This document shows positions 27,001 to 40,700 of a DNA stretch of 64,000 bases, piece by piece. This stretch comes from Convolutriloba macropyga (lineage: Eukaryota): contig NC_134472.1 in assembly GCF_964194025.1 (NCBI RefSeq), positions 57,474,001 to 57,538,000 of the forward strand, read 5' to 3'. Position 1 is the stretch's first letter. Each line of letters begins with the position of its first letter. The notes under the pieces were generated by a model. That model saw only the letters and a program-made list of their open reading frames with translations. It was not told where the DNA came from and ran no database searches. Made by a program: the position numbers and the translations under genes.

Positions 27001-28714
27001 CTGGCAAAAGAGTTGTGCCTAAACCAACTGTATCGGGACTATGAATTCGAACCATCAAAAGTTAAATATACTCAACTAACTCGCAATAGAGGCTTAATTC
27101 TTTTCGTAAACACTACAATTATCCACAATTTAGAACTCTAAGAAGAAACTATCAAACATTTACGTTAGCTATAACCGGGTCCTCATTTGAACCGGGTTCC
27201 TCACTCAAACATTGTATCATTCCTCGGCAAAACTTTCTTACACGCAACTTGCGTCTTTAAAACTTGTTCACGTGGTTAAGGACCAAGTGCCTCTTAAGCC
27301 GTCTGCATTTTATTTGATATTAAGTTAGACCAACTAGAGTCACTTAAACACAGCATGGCATTCTGAATGCTCTTCTAGGAGATAATCGCAGGTTTATCAA
27401 TGAAAGCGGGGAAAGGAACAAACTCCAACTAGTTTGCTAAGTAAAGTGAATATGAAAAGAGTGAACTAAAGGCTGAGTTAGAAGACAAAACCAATAAAAC
27501 CTTTGTGAACTTTTCTGCCATGACTTCAAACATGGTTGTGACAATCACTCTTCGATGGTACTGTACACAGAAAGCAAAGTGGCGCTAATCCTACTATTGG
27601 AATACACATTAAAGCATTAAAAGACCAGTTTAGATCAGAACAATCCGAGAGGAGCTCTCCCAAATCTACTTCAACAAATCAGACGTCATGACATCGAACT
27701 TAAAAACAAAAGGTATTCAATTCAATCCACGTAGCTGTCAACATTAAGAAAGGATAATTAGGGTAGCCTTAGCCTTCTCAGCCTCATAACTTTAAACATA
27801 CATTAATACATTCGCCATATTCCTTTGCTCCCTACATGAACTAAACGGAATACCGATTGTCGCACAATTTGGTTATATCATCGAACAAACAGAAAACGAT
27901 GACAAACTGGTAGACAAATAGGCCCATTTCAACTCAACGGTTATAGAGATCAATGTTTGAAAGAATGCAATAAATCCATTCGACTCAACCTTGTGACTTT
28001 CACCTGACTGAACTTTTATCCAGCAACATTTGAAAGATTTTGGGATAGGCACGAAACAAAGTCAAGCACAATGTTGCTATTGGATGGTTTATAGGAGACC
28101 AAAAGGCTATCTATCAAAGCGCTATAGCGGACCAAGGGTCACGTTCGTGCCTCGAATGCTCTGTCAGTTGTAATGGACGCACGCCCCATTGGTCTGCCAG
28201 TTGGGTTTTTCATTAGTTCTGTATATTGCCTTTCGGAAAAATTTCATACCAAGTTATTGCCTTGTAGTGCATGTAGAGATTAATTGAAAGAACACAAAAC
28301 TATTTGAATTACATTTTGAAATTTGCCAGAATGTTAAAATATCACTACTATATCACCAAAAACAAACATAACCGACTGAAGTCGGGCGAATTTCTCTCAA
28401 ACGACAGGCGAGCCGTTGGCTTCGACAACAGCTAGCCACGGTTTAGTGACCTCAGGGCACTACCTCTTTATCCCGTTTCTGAAGACGAAAGTCAAATGGG
28501 CCAGACGAAAAATCTGCCAAGCGAAAAACTGCATAAAAGACAAACAGGATTAATATATTTGCTACAATTTGCTTTTGAGAGCAATTAACAATGGTTTCCT
28601 AAAAAGTGCCTGTTAGATCATTTATGATAAAAAATATTTCAACTATAACTCATTGATAATGACTCAGGGATGATCACATTACGCTACATAACAGCAGCTG
28701 AAGTGCGGCATCAA

Positions 28715-28754
<40 letters not shown>

Positions 28755-31700
28755 TAAAAACGTGAACGAGAAAGAGAAGGAAAGGAACCCTAACAGAAAG
28801 AGAGAAAGAGACAGGAATATCTTCCATGATTGGACTCGACACTAACTTCTAGTTTTTTAACCATGTTAATAAATAAATCATATAGAAAATAACTGAAGGA
28901 AATAAAAAGTTTTCAACGCCGCAATACAAAAAAATTAAAAAAATTTTTTGTCTCGAAAGTTCTGTCAAGTATCCCATCTGCGAGACTTTTGTTGGTCAGT
29001 AATGGTCGATAAACTCAGAAAAGGACAAAAAATATTGATAAATATTGGAAAAATTTGCAAATTTTAACAAAACCTTGCTAAAACTCAAGACATTAATATT
29101 TTAAGAACCGATTCAAGGTCTCAAGAGACTATCCGGTATCCCTGTTTCAAGTCTGAAATAGTTTCACAGGCTTAAAGATCCAACAAAAATTTTCCAAAAC
29201 TTTGAGAAGTTTAAAATTTATCCAAAAATTACTAAAACTGGAGTCATAAAAAATGTTGATCACCATCCCATTAACTCTAGAAACTATACAGTAGCTTATT
29301 ATCAAACCTTGGAGGAGGTGCCAGGGCCTCTGTTGCCGGAAAAAATTGAAAACATGAAAAAATTGCAAATATTTTAAAAAAATAGCTTAAATTAGTGATA
29401 TTTAAATCTATTTAAATCTAAAACATTCCATTACATCTTTAAGCTATGCAGTATCATATCAAACCCTAGAGGACGTTCGGTAGCCCTTCAGGCCAGAGAA
29501 ACCTAAAAAAATGAAAAAATTCAAAAAACTTTTAAAAAATTGCAAGTTTAACAAAAAAAATTGCTAAAACTTGTAATATTAAAAAGTTGAAAATTAATCC
29601 ATGATAAACAAAAAATGTCTAGTAACTTATTATCGAAGCCTAACGGAGGTTTTCTGACCCTTGAGGCTCAAAAAATCTGAATAATCACTATAAATGTCAA
29701 AAAATTGGAAAATGGCGAAAAATATCAAAAATATGCTAAAATTCGTGATGTTAAAACCTTACAAGAAATTCCATTTAATGTAGAAAATAATCAATAACCA
29801 ATTTTAAAACCCTAGAGGTGGTTCCTTGGCTCTTGAGGCTGAAAAATTCTAAAAAACTACAAAATATTTCAAAAAAAAACTTGAAAAGCAAGTTTTATCA
29901 AAAAAATTGCTAAAATTTGTGACATTAAAAAGTTGAAAAACTATTCCATGGCCATTAAAAATTTGTCAATAACTTATTATCAAACCCCTTAGGATGTTTC
30001 CTGGCCCCTGAAAAAATTGCAAAATAGTAAAAAATTTTGTTTTTAGCAAGCGAATGTTCGTCAGTAGCTAGCCACGGGTGGGGGTCACCGGGGGTTGATT
30101 GGGGGGCACCGGGGGTGGGGGCATCAGTGCGGTGGGGGGGGGGGGGGTGTTGGCAATAGGGGGGCGGGGGTCAACAGTGGGGGTGTCTTCAAGAACCGCC
30201 CTTCACACCATACGTATAAGTCTCCAAAACAGTTTGAGCTGAAACAGAGTTGAAAGGCTCAAAGAGCACTAAATGCCCGCTGAACGCTACCTGATGATCC
30301 CGTTTTTGAGGACGATAAGTCAAAAGCGTCAGACGAAAAATCGGTCAAGCAAAAAATCGCATAAAAAAGACCGACAGGACTAATATAATTGCTACAAACT
30401 TCGTTTGAGCAATTATTTAACAAAAATCGGAGAACACAAGAAATTCTGAACCATCTCTTTGTGTGTGTATGTGTCAAAAATTACTTGAAAAAAAAACAGT
30501 TTCAAAAATTTACTGAAAAAGACTGATTTTTGTTCAGAGCGCAAAAGTTAACCCAAGAAGAGTCGACCGCGCAATGGTGAAGGATGGCCGAAATATCTGT
30601 GTGATTTTTTAAATGTTAAATAACAATTGATTATTTTTAAAACATTGTTGATTTGATGTTCTTTTTACAGCTATGTAAACCAATACACAGACTACGAAAA
30701 ATTCACCGATATTCAACTAATATAATTTTTAAAAAAACAGGCAAAAAATCAACTTTAGGATAGAAGTCCCACAAAGGCGGTGGCCGAAAGATAAATTTTG
30801 CAAAATTAAGCCAAGAGAATGCGATGATAAGCAGAAAGAGTGCCTAGCCCCTCTGAGAATCAATCAACACTGCAGGTAGACAGTGACCAGAAAACACTTC
30901 TCATTGGGCTCAAACTTGAAACATACCCGGCAGATTGCCGGAAAATAGCCGCCGTTGATTCCAATAAGCATGACTGGTATTGAAAGAATAGAAGATATTG
31001 AAAAAAAAAAGATTTTTGTACAAAAACATTTTTTAAGTCCGATTTATTTTGATGGCATTTCGTAGTTGAACATAACGTACTTCTGTTTCTTAGAGAGAGG
31101 CTACAGGGGCTAATATCAATACCAATAAGCATTAGAGATGGTAACTAAGACTTATAGGAACGACGTTCAAATAGCGGGCATCTAAAATTGGGCTTTATGG
31201 GTTTATCCCGTTTCTACTTCTGACTTCAATTTTTATACTGACTCCGTTCATTTTGAATTGCTTTGCTGAGCAACTGATGTTCAAAATCACTTTTAGAAGA
31301 GTGAGAGAAGAGAGAAACTAGCCTCGAGAAGTGAAAAAGATATCACGCAAAATGTTGAAAAAGCGGCAAAATGAGGTAAAGCGAAACATTTTTTTATTCA
31401 ACGAAGTAAAAAAAAACATAGCAGGACATGTCCTGACACACAATTCAAAGAATTTTCATTGACTGAACAGAAAACTAGACCAAGAACGGACTATGAATGG
31501 ATTGGGAAAACCAATTCGATAAAAATCCGAAAAAATCGAAAACACTGTAAAAATCAAAGTGAAATTGCCGCATGTGAACAAAAAACCACTAGCGAGAAAG
31601 CGAATTTTTGTTCAAACACCGTTCTCTCACTCTACTTTAAATTTAGAGCGAAAAAATTTCACGCCGCAAAACCACTCGCTTTTTCGCTCCACTTCCTTTT

Positions 31701-34700
31701 TCGGCGTGACCAAAATCACTACTCCAATTTGACTTCAAAAAATCATGAAAATGTGTGAACAGAACTTAAAAAACATAGCAGGACAAGTCCTGACACACAA
31801 TTCAAAGAATTTTCATTGACTAAACAGAAAACTAGACCATGAACGGACTATGAATAGATTGGGACAATCATTTAGAAAAAAATCCGATCCAAAAATTCGA
31901 AAAAACAGTAAAAATCAAAGTGAAATTGCCGCATGTGAACAAAAAACCACTAGCGAGATAGCGAATTTTTGTTCAAACACCGTTTTCTCACTCTACTTTA
32001 AAATTAGAGCGAAAAAAATTCACGCCGCAAAACCACTCGCTTTTTCGCTCCACTTCCTGTTTCGGCGTGACCAAAATCACTACTCCAGACTTCAAAAATC
32101 ATGAAAATGTGTGAACAGATCTTAAAAAAAAACATAGCAGGACAAGTCCTAACGTACAATTCAAAGAACTTTCATTGACTAAACAGAAAAACTAGACCTG
32201 AAATGGACTATGAGTGAATTGAGAAAACCATTTCAAAAAAATCAGATCAAAAAATAAGAAAAAAAACAAAAAAATCAATGTCAAAATGCCGCATGTGAAC
32301 AAAAAACCACTAGCGAGCAATGAAAATTTAATTCAAACAAAAAACTAGGCCTAACATGAGCTGTGAATGGATTGGGAAAACCATTTAGAAAAAATCCTAT
32401 CCAAAAAATCGAAAAAACAGTAAAAATCAGAGTGAAATTGCCGCATGTGAACAAAAAACCACTACCGAGAAACCGAATTTTTGTTCAAACACCATTTTTG
32501 CACTCTACTTTAAAATTAGAGCGAAAAAAATTCACGCCGCAAAACCACTCGCTTTTTCGCTCCATTTCCTGTTTCGGCGTGACCAAAATCAATTCTCCAA
32601 TTTGACTTCAAAAATCATGAAAATGTGTGAACAGATCTTAAAAAAAAGACAGCGCCCCAATACAATTCAAATTCTTTGAATTGTAAAAAGACAGCGCCCC
32701 AATACAATTCAAATTCTTTGAATTGTAAAAAAATAGGAGCGCTATAATAGCCGGCTGAGAAGATGAGGGCGGCTAATAAAAACGACCAAACTTAATGGCC
32801 ATGACCAAATTTGCAGCGAGAAGACCGAATGATAATATCTCAGTGGCGCGAATTATATGATGAAAGCTCCATCTGTCAAAATTTAGCTCATTTGAAACCG
32901 AACGTTAATGTATTTGCTCGCCTTTTGGTTACTGCGCATTGTTTCTGCAAATATCCAAAACTAACGCTTCAGAGAATGCACTGAAAATTAAATACAGTAA
33001 ACCAATCTTAGCGTCCTTGTGCAACTATTTTTTTAAAATGCGTATTAACGTACTCTGATCCACAGTTTACCAAAGCGTTTTATTGCGCTTGACGCGACAA
33101 GCATTAAAAAATCATTTTGGAAATTTACTATTACAACAGAGCAAAGAGGGGAATACGCCAAAATATAAAACAGTCCTAGCTTTATCTCACGCTAAAATTG
33201 GAAAGAAAACAGGGAGCTAGCAGGCAGGCTAGGCAGCAATCGCAGCGAAACTGAAGAGCGGAGAGGAGAGGAAATGTCCAGACGTTTTTCACGGATGCGC
33301 TTTATTTCAGTTCAGCATTATTCCATTCCTACATAATAGCCACATACTCATGCAAACACACCGTAGTATCACTACAAAAACTACCACCACTACCACAACT
33401 AACATCACTACTATTCCTAACCAGACAATTGATAAATTAGTACCACACACACAACAGGGAGCAAATAGGAGCATACTGCAATATTTAGCGCGCAATATAG
33501 GCGAGCCACCGCAAAGGAACTTTAACCAAGCAACACAAAGGCAGCGATTTAGATCGCTTAGTGCCGTTCCAGTTTGGATATTCAAAGACAAATAGATGAA
33601 AAGCGGTAACATTTCACTTCCCCAGTTTATTTAGGGTATAAAGAATGAATGGACTGGATTTCACTACGGAGGCTCCACATGAAAAGAAAACTATGGCTCT
33701 AGTGAAAATTTAATGTACTTCAGCCTCATTGCTTTTCCATCCTTCAGTGATGGAACAATAAACTATTAATCTCTCTCAAATTTGGAGTAATAACGCGCCG
33801 CAATTCATGATATCTCTCTTACTAAGGAAGCGTCACATGGTACAATGAGATCAAATCCTAACCAGAACAAACGGAAACTAATTACACAACAATAGAAATG
33901 GAGCCTTCAATCCTTGCCACAAAAGCTGCATCCAAAACACGTAAAAATTCTCATATCCCTTTTTATAATTCCTCCATTATGGTACAAAGTGACTCTGTAA
34001 GGTTGATCACAGGGAATGAGACAGACTATACTACAACGATCGTTAATTCCCTGACCTACATGTACTTCAGTGAGAACGCAAATTTTAAGCACGTTTTCCG
34101 TGCTGCCATCATTTCATCGAGCTAAGCAAACAAATTTACCCAATTTTGGGCCACACAAATAGAAGAGCTTATTTTTGACCTGAAATGGTCCCTAAATTCC
34201 TGCCTCAGGGAGTACTGACCTGAATAGACCAATTCCAATAACTCTCACGGATACAAATGACTTAGTGTTCTAGATTCATTCCCAAAGAATGTGAAGTTTT
34301 AGCGTGCTTTGATTACGTCACACTTGTACTAAAAAATTTGGGTTCTGAACCACGTTAAAAATCAGAAAGTCTTAAGAAAGTAAAGAACAAAGCCAGCAGA
34401 TTTCTTGAACGGCTCGGAAACAGACTCGCGAGCCGTAGAATAGATTTAGAAACAGATACAGAACAATTGGAATCGCCGATGTGTGCTGTAATGTGTGCTG
34501 GAGGCAATCTTAATACTACAACTATAGTTGAATTTTTACTCACTGTGATGTATGGCAGTGAGAAGTGGAGTGAATCCTGCCTTCGTCCTGGTGTCCTTAG
34601 CCACTCCGAACTGCTCCACTAGACACGCACAACAGTCCACACTGTCTGCCTCTGCCGCCAGGTGAAGAGGAGTCACCAGATACTACAAAAATACACTCAT

Positions 34701-37700
34701 ACACAATACATGAAATCAATTCATTACAGAGAGGAAACATAACATTTGAAAGGACACTCTCCGCTACTTTAAGATGCAATTTTAAGTGAGCAAAAACAAA
34801 TTTCGCAGAGAATTTTCCGATGCGATGTGATTTTTAACCGAATCTCTTTATGTTGTATCTAGTACTGCTGCATTTTTTCAGCTATTCTGCTTCAAGGAAT
34901 CTATTACAATCACTATTAAAGTTCACTGCGGACAACGAGCCAAAAAGCAGGAAAACATATTGCTGGTCTCAACGACATCTGCAGCATCTCAACTAACCGC
35001 AGTAGCGATTTGAGGATCTCCTTTGGAGTTGACCAGTAACTGAATCATGTTCAGATGCTTCTCTCTAGCCGCCAAGTGCAGAGGTGCAGTGCCATTATCG
35101 TTAGTGGCGTTCACATTCGCCCCGTACGTGATCAAATTGTGCGCATCTTTCCTGTTGTCCCTCTTGGCCGCAATGTGAAGGGGCGTGTAGCCATTGCTAG
35201 CAACGCAGTGAGGCGACGCTTTGCATTGCAGCAGAATGTTTGTAACATCGTGGTGCAAGTAATGTACAGATACGTGCAGAGGAGTTAACATGAGTTTTCC
35301 AGCCAAGTCTGGATTCGCGCCGCTTTGTAGTAACACTTGGGCTACTTGAGGCTTGTCGTACTTGGCTGCCAGGTGTAGAGGTGAAAGCTGCTTCTTCGTG
35401 AGACAGTTGGGCTCTGCTTTGTTCTGCAGCAGATACTCCACGACAGCTGGATGACCTGAGACATAAATATCACTTCAAGAGTTAAACAGCACTCAAAAGA
35501 GGTTAAATGCGGCAAAAAGTTGCTGACTCGAACTTCCCGACAGAGATATCTGAGAATACCAGTATCTTTTTCTTAACAGAAAGGTTAAAGAAAAAATAGT
35601 TTCAAATCAAAAATTAAAGAAGTAGTCCAATTTTTTATTGAAATTCGACCCGAACTTGACAATCATTATCATGTAAAATCTGAATATCCATGATAATATA
35701 GAAAAATTTGGGGTGCTCTACGGCAGATATAGGATCTCTCTCAACCTTTTTTTTTTTTTATATCCAATCATAAATTTAAGGTGTGCTTGGTTGTGGAAAT
35801 CATGGTTTAAATCATTTCTAAGTTCAGTCAATTCTCAGAAAGTTTTCTTGCGATCAACCTTGTGCCCACAAATCACCATGGCGCCCACGCAATTGAGTAT
35901 TTGCCTTTTATTTGTTCCCACAAACCCTCACAATCGGGTCTTCAAAATTTCTTCAAAATCAACCCACACAATCGGGTTGAACAGAAGAAATGAGCATTGT
36001 CCCCGCTCATTGGGTGACAAACAAGTTCGCGCACAGCAATAACTGGGCAACTAAAATTGGGTGAGTCAACACTGTAAATTAACTATTGTGGGGCTGAAGG
36101 TGTTGTCGCAGGAATGAGTCTCATAACAGGGGATCTCTGGCGATCAGCATTGTGGCTGAACCTCTCATTAAAGTCACTGAGACTCCTTGAGATAACCGAT
36201 TGTAGGCAACTGATAAACCAGCTGGTTGAAAGTTTCGGTTATCGGCAAGCAAGGCTATACGTTTCAAAGTTTTCCGGACCAAATCTGAGAAGCCCCCGAA
36301 AGATTCAAACGCGAGTGGTACAAACTGGATACCTATTTCGGCACATTTTTGGGCATATTGTTCATATTTCCTATCTTCAGCATTTGTCAGAGCAAAACCA
36401 CACCTCCTCGCCGCATCTGAAATTAGACTGGGCTGCAGTGGGGAAGTTATGGTCACGTCTAACGCAGATGGTTGTCCCGCTGACCAGCTTGGCAAGTATA
36501 TGTCTCCTGGCCTTGAGTTATTATCTGGAATCAAATTTTTCTGTTCGCAGACGGGTGATAAGTTTGCGGTCGAGCAAGCAGCAAATATTCTATCCCTCAC
36601 TCTATCGTGCCGCGATATCATATCCCCCCGACCATGACAGCTTAAAGCGTGATCACCCAGCTTGTCCAGTCTGCCGTTTTGACAGTAAGGGCACTTTCGT
36701 TCCTCAATGTATAACGGAACACCAATCCGATACTTCAATGCGGCTCTGAATTCATTTGGCTGAAGGTGAAGGCCCAGACTAGGGATTGGAGGTGCGGAAA
36801 GCCAGGCACCAGATTGAGGCAACGTTAGTGAAAGCAAACGAGCTTTCTCCCGATTTGAAGTCTGATTACCAAGAAGGTCAGAAAAAGCAGCATCGTCAAG
36901 TGCCTCCTGAATCTTGTGTTGCGTATATTGGCTAATTTCTAGATTCTTCAGTTCTTCCACTGTTTCTTTGAAAATTTGATTGTCTGTAATTTTCTCACCG
37001 GTTATTTGTTCCACTAAAGCGTCTGCCTGCGATACTGACCCAACAAACGCCGCTTTCAATTGGTCAATTGCTTGTCTAATTCCAACGCCAGTTTTGCTTA
37101 TTGGTAGACAAGCCTGCTTCCAAGCGTTGTCACTTATAAGGGTGCCTAACATATTCTCAAATGTTGTTCTCTGAAGCTTGTCAAAATCCTGCAAAATAAC
37201 AGAGGATTCGTCAGATGGAGTGTTACATCGCAGGGAATATACCATCTTTGGGGCACCAAGACAGCTTCGAAGAATTCCAAGCGCACAATGTGGGTCGTCT
37301 AGGTACGCCAAGTTGTCGAGCAGTTTTTCTATTTTGTTGACTCTTTTCCTCAAAGATGCAGCAACAAAACTGGGATTGCCGATGGCAGCGCCCAAGATCT
37401 CAAGTCCTTCTTTGCTATTTCTTTTTACTCTGTTATCTATAGCGTTCAGATCAACGGGTGACCAAAGCTCACATTTTTCTATTCTGAGCTCTAAGCCGCA
37501 TCCTTCACCCAAATTTGTCAACAAATTCAATGCTGTGCAAAGTTGTTGGTGGGTACCAGCAAGGATGCCATCATCCAAATACCAATTATGCTGTACTAGA
37601 TTTGGTAACTTTGTTTCAATTTCTTTAATGATTGGCCACAGAGCTAGTGAAAACAAAAGCGGCCCCAAAGGATCCCCTTGTTGCACTCCCGATTGGCTAC

Positions 37701-40700
37701 TTAAGTATGTGTTGTTAAAATGCAAATGACTGTGTTGTGAGTAGCAAAAAGTCGCAAAAGGGGCAACACTAGGTAAGAATTTTGCGACTGCTTCCAAAAC
37801 CTTGCTTCTTTTTACCGAATTGAAGGCATTTTTGAAATCAATCTGCAATATTCCGGAATTTTTTGACCTTTGCAGTTTTTCAAAGGAAACTCTTGTTGCA
37901 TGTACTATGCCCTCAGCACCACCCTTGACTGCTACCCCCAATTGTTTTGTGTTAAAAAGATCAGCAGCATCTGAATTCGCTTCACGAGCTATGCATTTAG
38001 CAATAAGACGTCGAATGACTTCCCCAACAGCGATAGGACGGACCCCACCTTTCAATTTTTTCAATGCAGTTATTGTTGCACTGCATAGTATAGGAGCAAC
38101 AAATTCGGGAAGCTGACCCCTGCTAGCTAAGTTGACAAATTTTGTTAAACTAGTGATTGCTCGCTTTGATTGATCAGGGGCACCGCAGTTTACTGCATGC
38201 AGCAGATGCTCGGGATACATTTTTGACGGCCCAGCTGCAGTAAATTTGGAGAACGACTCGATTTGGAAGAATACTGATGCCTCGTCAAATTGATATGCGT
38301 TCGTGTTAGCATCTTGATCAAATTGGTGGTCAGGTTGCTTTTCTTTAGGGTGGAGCTTTTTAAGTTCATTCAACGTTGCAGCATTGTCAGGTGCAACGCC
38401 GTCAGAAGACAGAACTTTCGCTGCCCTCCCAAACTGCCCCTGCAGACAAAGAGATTTCGCGCGGCTTGCTAAGGCGTCTATTGACTCATTGCTAGTTTTA
38501 TTTGACTGCTTCATTGAGGCCGCCTCGTACCACAGTGCAGCATAATCACCTGATTTCCATCGCTCAAGTCTGCTCAACAACTGTTTCTCTTGCTGCTGCT
38601 TGTGTTTCTTACCGCCACGATTAGACGCGCGTAGAACACATTTGCTAATTGCAAAGAGCTTTTTCCAATTCTCTAACGATTGCGCGTGTGAAATGCAAGC
38701 ATCGATAACGGATGTTAGTAATTCTGACCATCTCACCCGAAACTTTACAGGAATGAACCTTAGGGTAGGGATGTGCTTACTGCTGATGGTTTCGAGATCT
38801 GGGAGTTCATTTAGATTTATATCTGTTGTAGCTAGATTTGGTGAACTCGCGGATTGCACAATCTCATCTATTCGCTTAGCTAAATCACGTGGTATCTTTT
38901 TCACTTTAGACAGTAAAGGCGTAAATTGCGAGTAGGCCCATATTGATTTGGAGCACACCATCTCATCGAAGTTCGGTCCCCACTGGTCATATCTAATTTT
39001 AGTTTTTCCAAGATGATGTTCGATAACAGATATCTGGTACAGTTTATCCTTTTTGTCGGGGTAGAAAAGTGTTGTTTTGGGGGGCACTTGAAAGCGGGAA
39101 GTGTTGTCATCAATTATTAAATTATTCATTTGCTGAGTCAGTCCCGAAGATAAATTGCATTGTTTTGCCCCCTGACTAAGCTCTGTAGTATTGTTAGTCT
39201 CAGCTAACGAAACCTTCTTGCTTTCTCTAGTTTTCATAACTGTTAACATTGAATGCGCAATTGCCTATCAAGTTTTTTTTTATCCAACCAGATAAAAAAA
39301 AACAAGGGCGGGGGTCGTTTTGGTTAGATCTCACCGGTTTGAGGTCCACAAAAGCTGCTGAAGAACCACTACATAATTGATTTGCTCACGTGCACATTGC
39401 TTCTGATATGATAACAGTAAAAAAAAAAGTTGGTGGGGGATCAATCTAGGGTGCTCAAGATTCGGTGTAAAATTTGTTTCTATTTTCGTCTTGCTTGTTG
39501 AAATCAAGAGAGCAACTTGAACGCACGTGGATTTACAGAATCTTCAAAACTTTCAAATTCTCACCTAATTCTTCCCAATAAGTGCCGGGATCCTTTTTTC
39601 TGAAAACCCCAATTTCCCGTACACATAACTCGCAACAAACTTTTATGGCATTTCATCTCGTTCAGATTTTTCTAGAGTTAATTTCTAGCTCAACTAACCT
39701 TCCCGGGTGGCCATATGTATTGGCCGGTAGTTGTCTAGAGCTTCATGTTCCACATCAGCCTCTCTCTTCACCAGTAACTTCGTCATATCCAGATCTCCAT
39801 TCCTCGCAGCTATGTGCAGTGGTGTCAATTTTTCAAGAGCTTCTGCGTTCACGTCTGCGCCTAAAACAGTTCTCAATTCATGAACACCAGAGAAGACTTT
39901 GGATTTTTTCTTTTTTTATAAGACGACTGAGGAAAGAAAGTCTTTTTATTTCAACAAGAAGGCCGACAAATAGGAAACTAACAACATTTGAATCCTCGTC
40001 AAACTATCCAAATTGCTCAAAGATCACCTGTAACGACGTTAACACTAAAGCAGATATCATTAATTTCAAATGATGCATACAAAACCTTTGTCAAGCAGAA
40101 GCTGTGCTAAGTTGTAGTGTCCACCCCTGACTGCGAAATGCAAGGGTGACTCGTAATAGTTCTTTGTCTGTACATTAGGCCTTGCCTTGCAGTCCAGAAG
40201 TGGCTTTGCACACTGAAAATAAACCATCATTCAAATTATAAAACGTATTTAATAACTTGTTATATTATTACCTAAACGCAATTATTACCTTGTTATAAAA
40301 CGCTATTATTACCTCGCAATTACGTTTTTAATACCTTCAATCTAAGCGCACTTGAAAGAAACTTACATCGTCAAATCCGAAGAAACAGGCAACATGCAAG
40401 GGTGTCATTCCACTCTCATTGGGGATGTTTGGATCCGCATTGTATTCTCTCAACAGAAGCAGAATAATTCTGATTCGTCTCTTCTTTACTGCGATATGCA
40501 AAGCTGCATAGCCATTCTAAACAACGAGTTTTCAGTAAATTCAGCATGGAACAATTATTTATTTCTTAAAACTGGACCAGCCTATGAAGCTTCTAAAAAA
40601 TGGTACAAGTACATACAGTAAAACATAGCTGACAGATTGCCAGAAAATAGCCGCAATAGCTTCGTAGATCTGCAGTCTCAAAAAACAGTACAAAAGACGG

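Noticed and set aside
15530-32605. Near-identical 80-aa ORFs ([14 protein letters not shown]...) at 15530 and 32363
   Set aside because: They lie inside family A repeats. Other copies are frameshifted, so the identity reflects recent repeat copying rather than coding constraint.
33307-33612. Thr-rich / Val-rich ORFs
   Set aside because: Produced by a degenerate (ACY)n low-complexity tract; no splice or homology support.
36114-38935. Plus-strand ORFs (211, 183, 104 and 111 aa) overlapping the retrotransposon
   Set aside because: These are antisense shadows of a long coding frame, with no recognisable motifs.
35700-39600. Target-site duplication, spliced-leader target or 5' ribozyme for the retrotransposon
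   Set aside because: No matching direct repeat, Sm site or HDV/hammerhead core was visible by eye.
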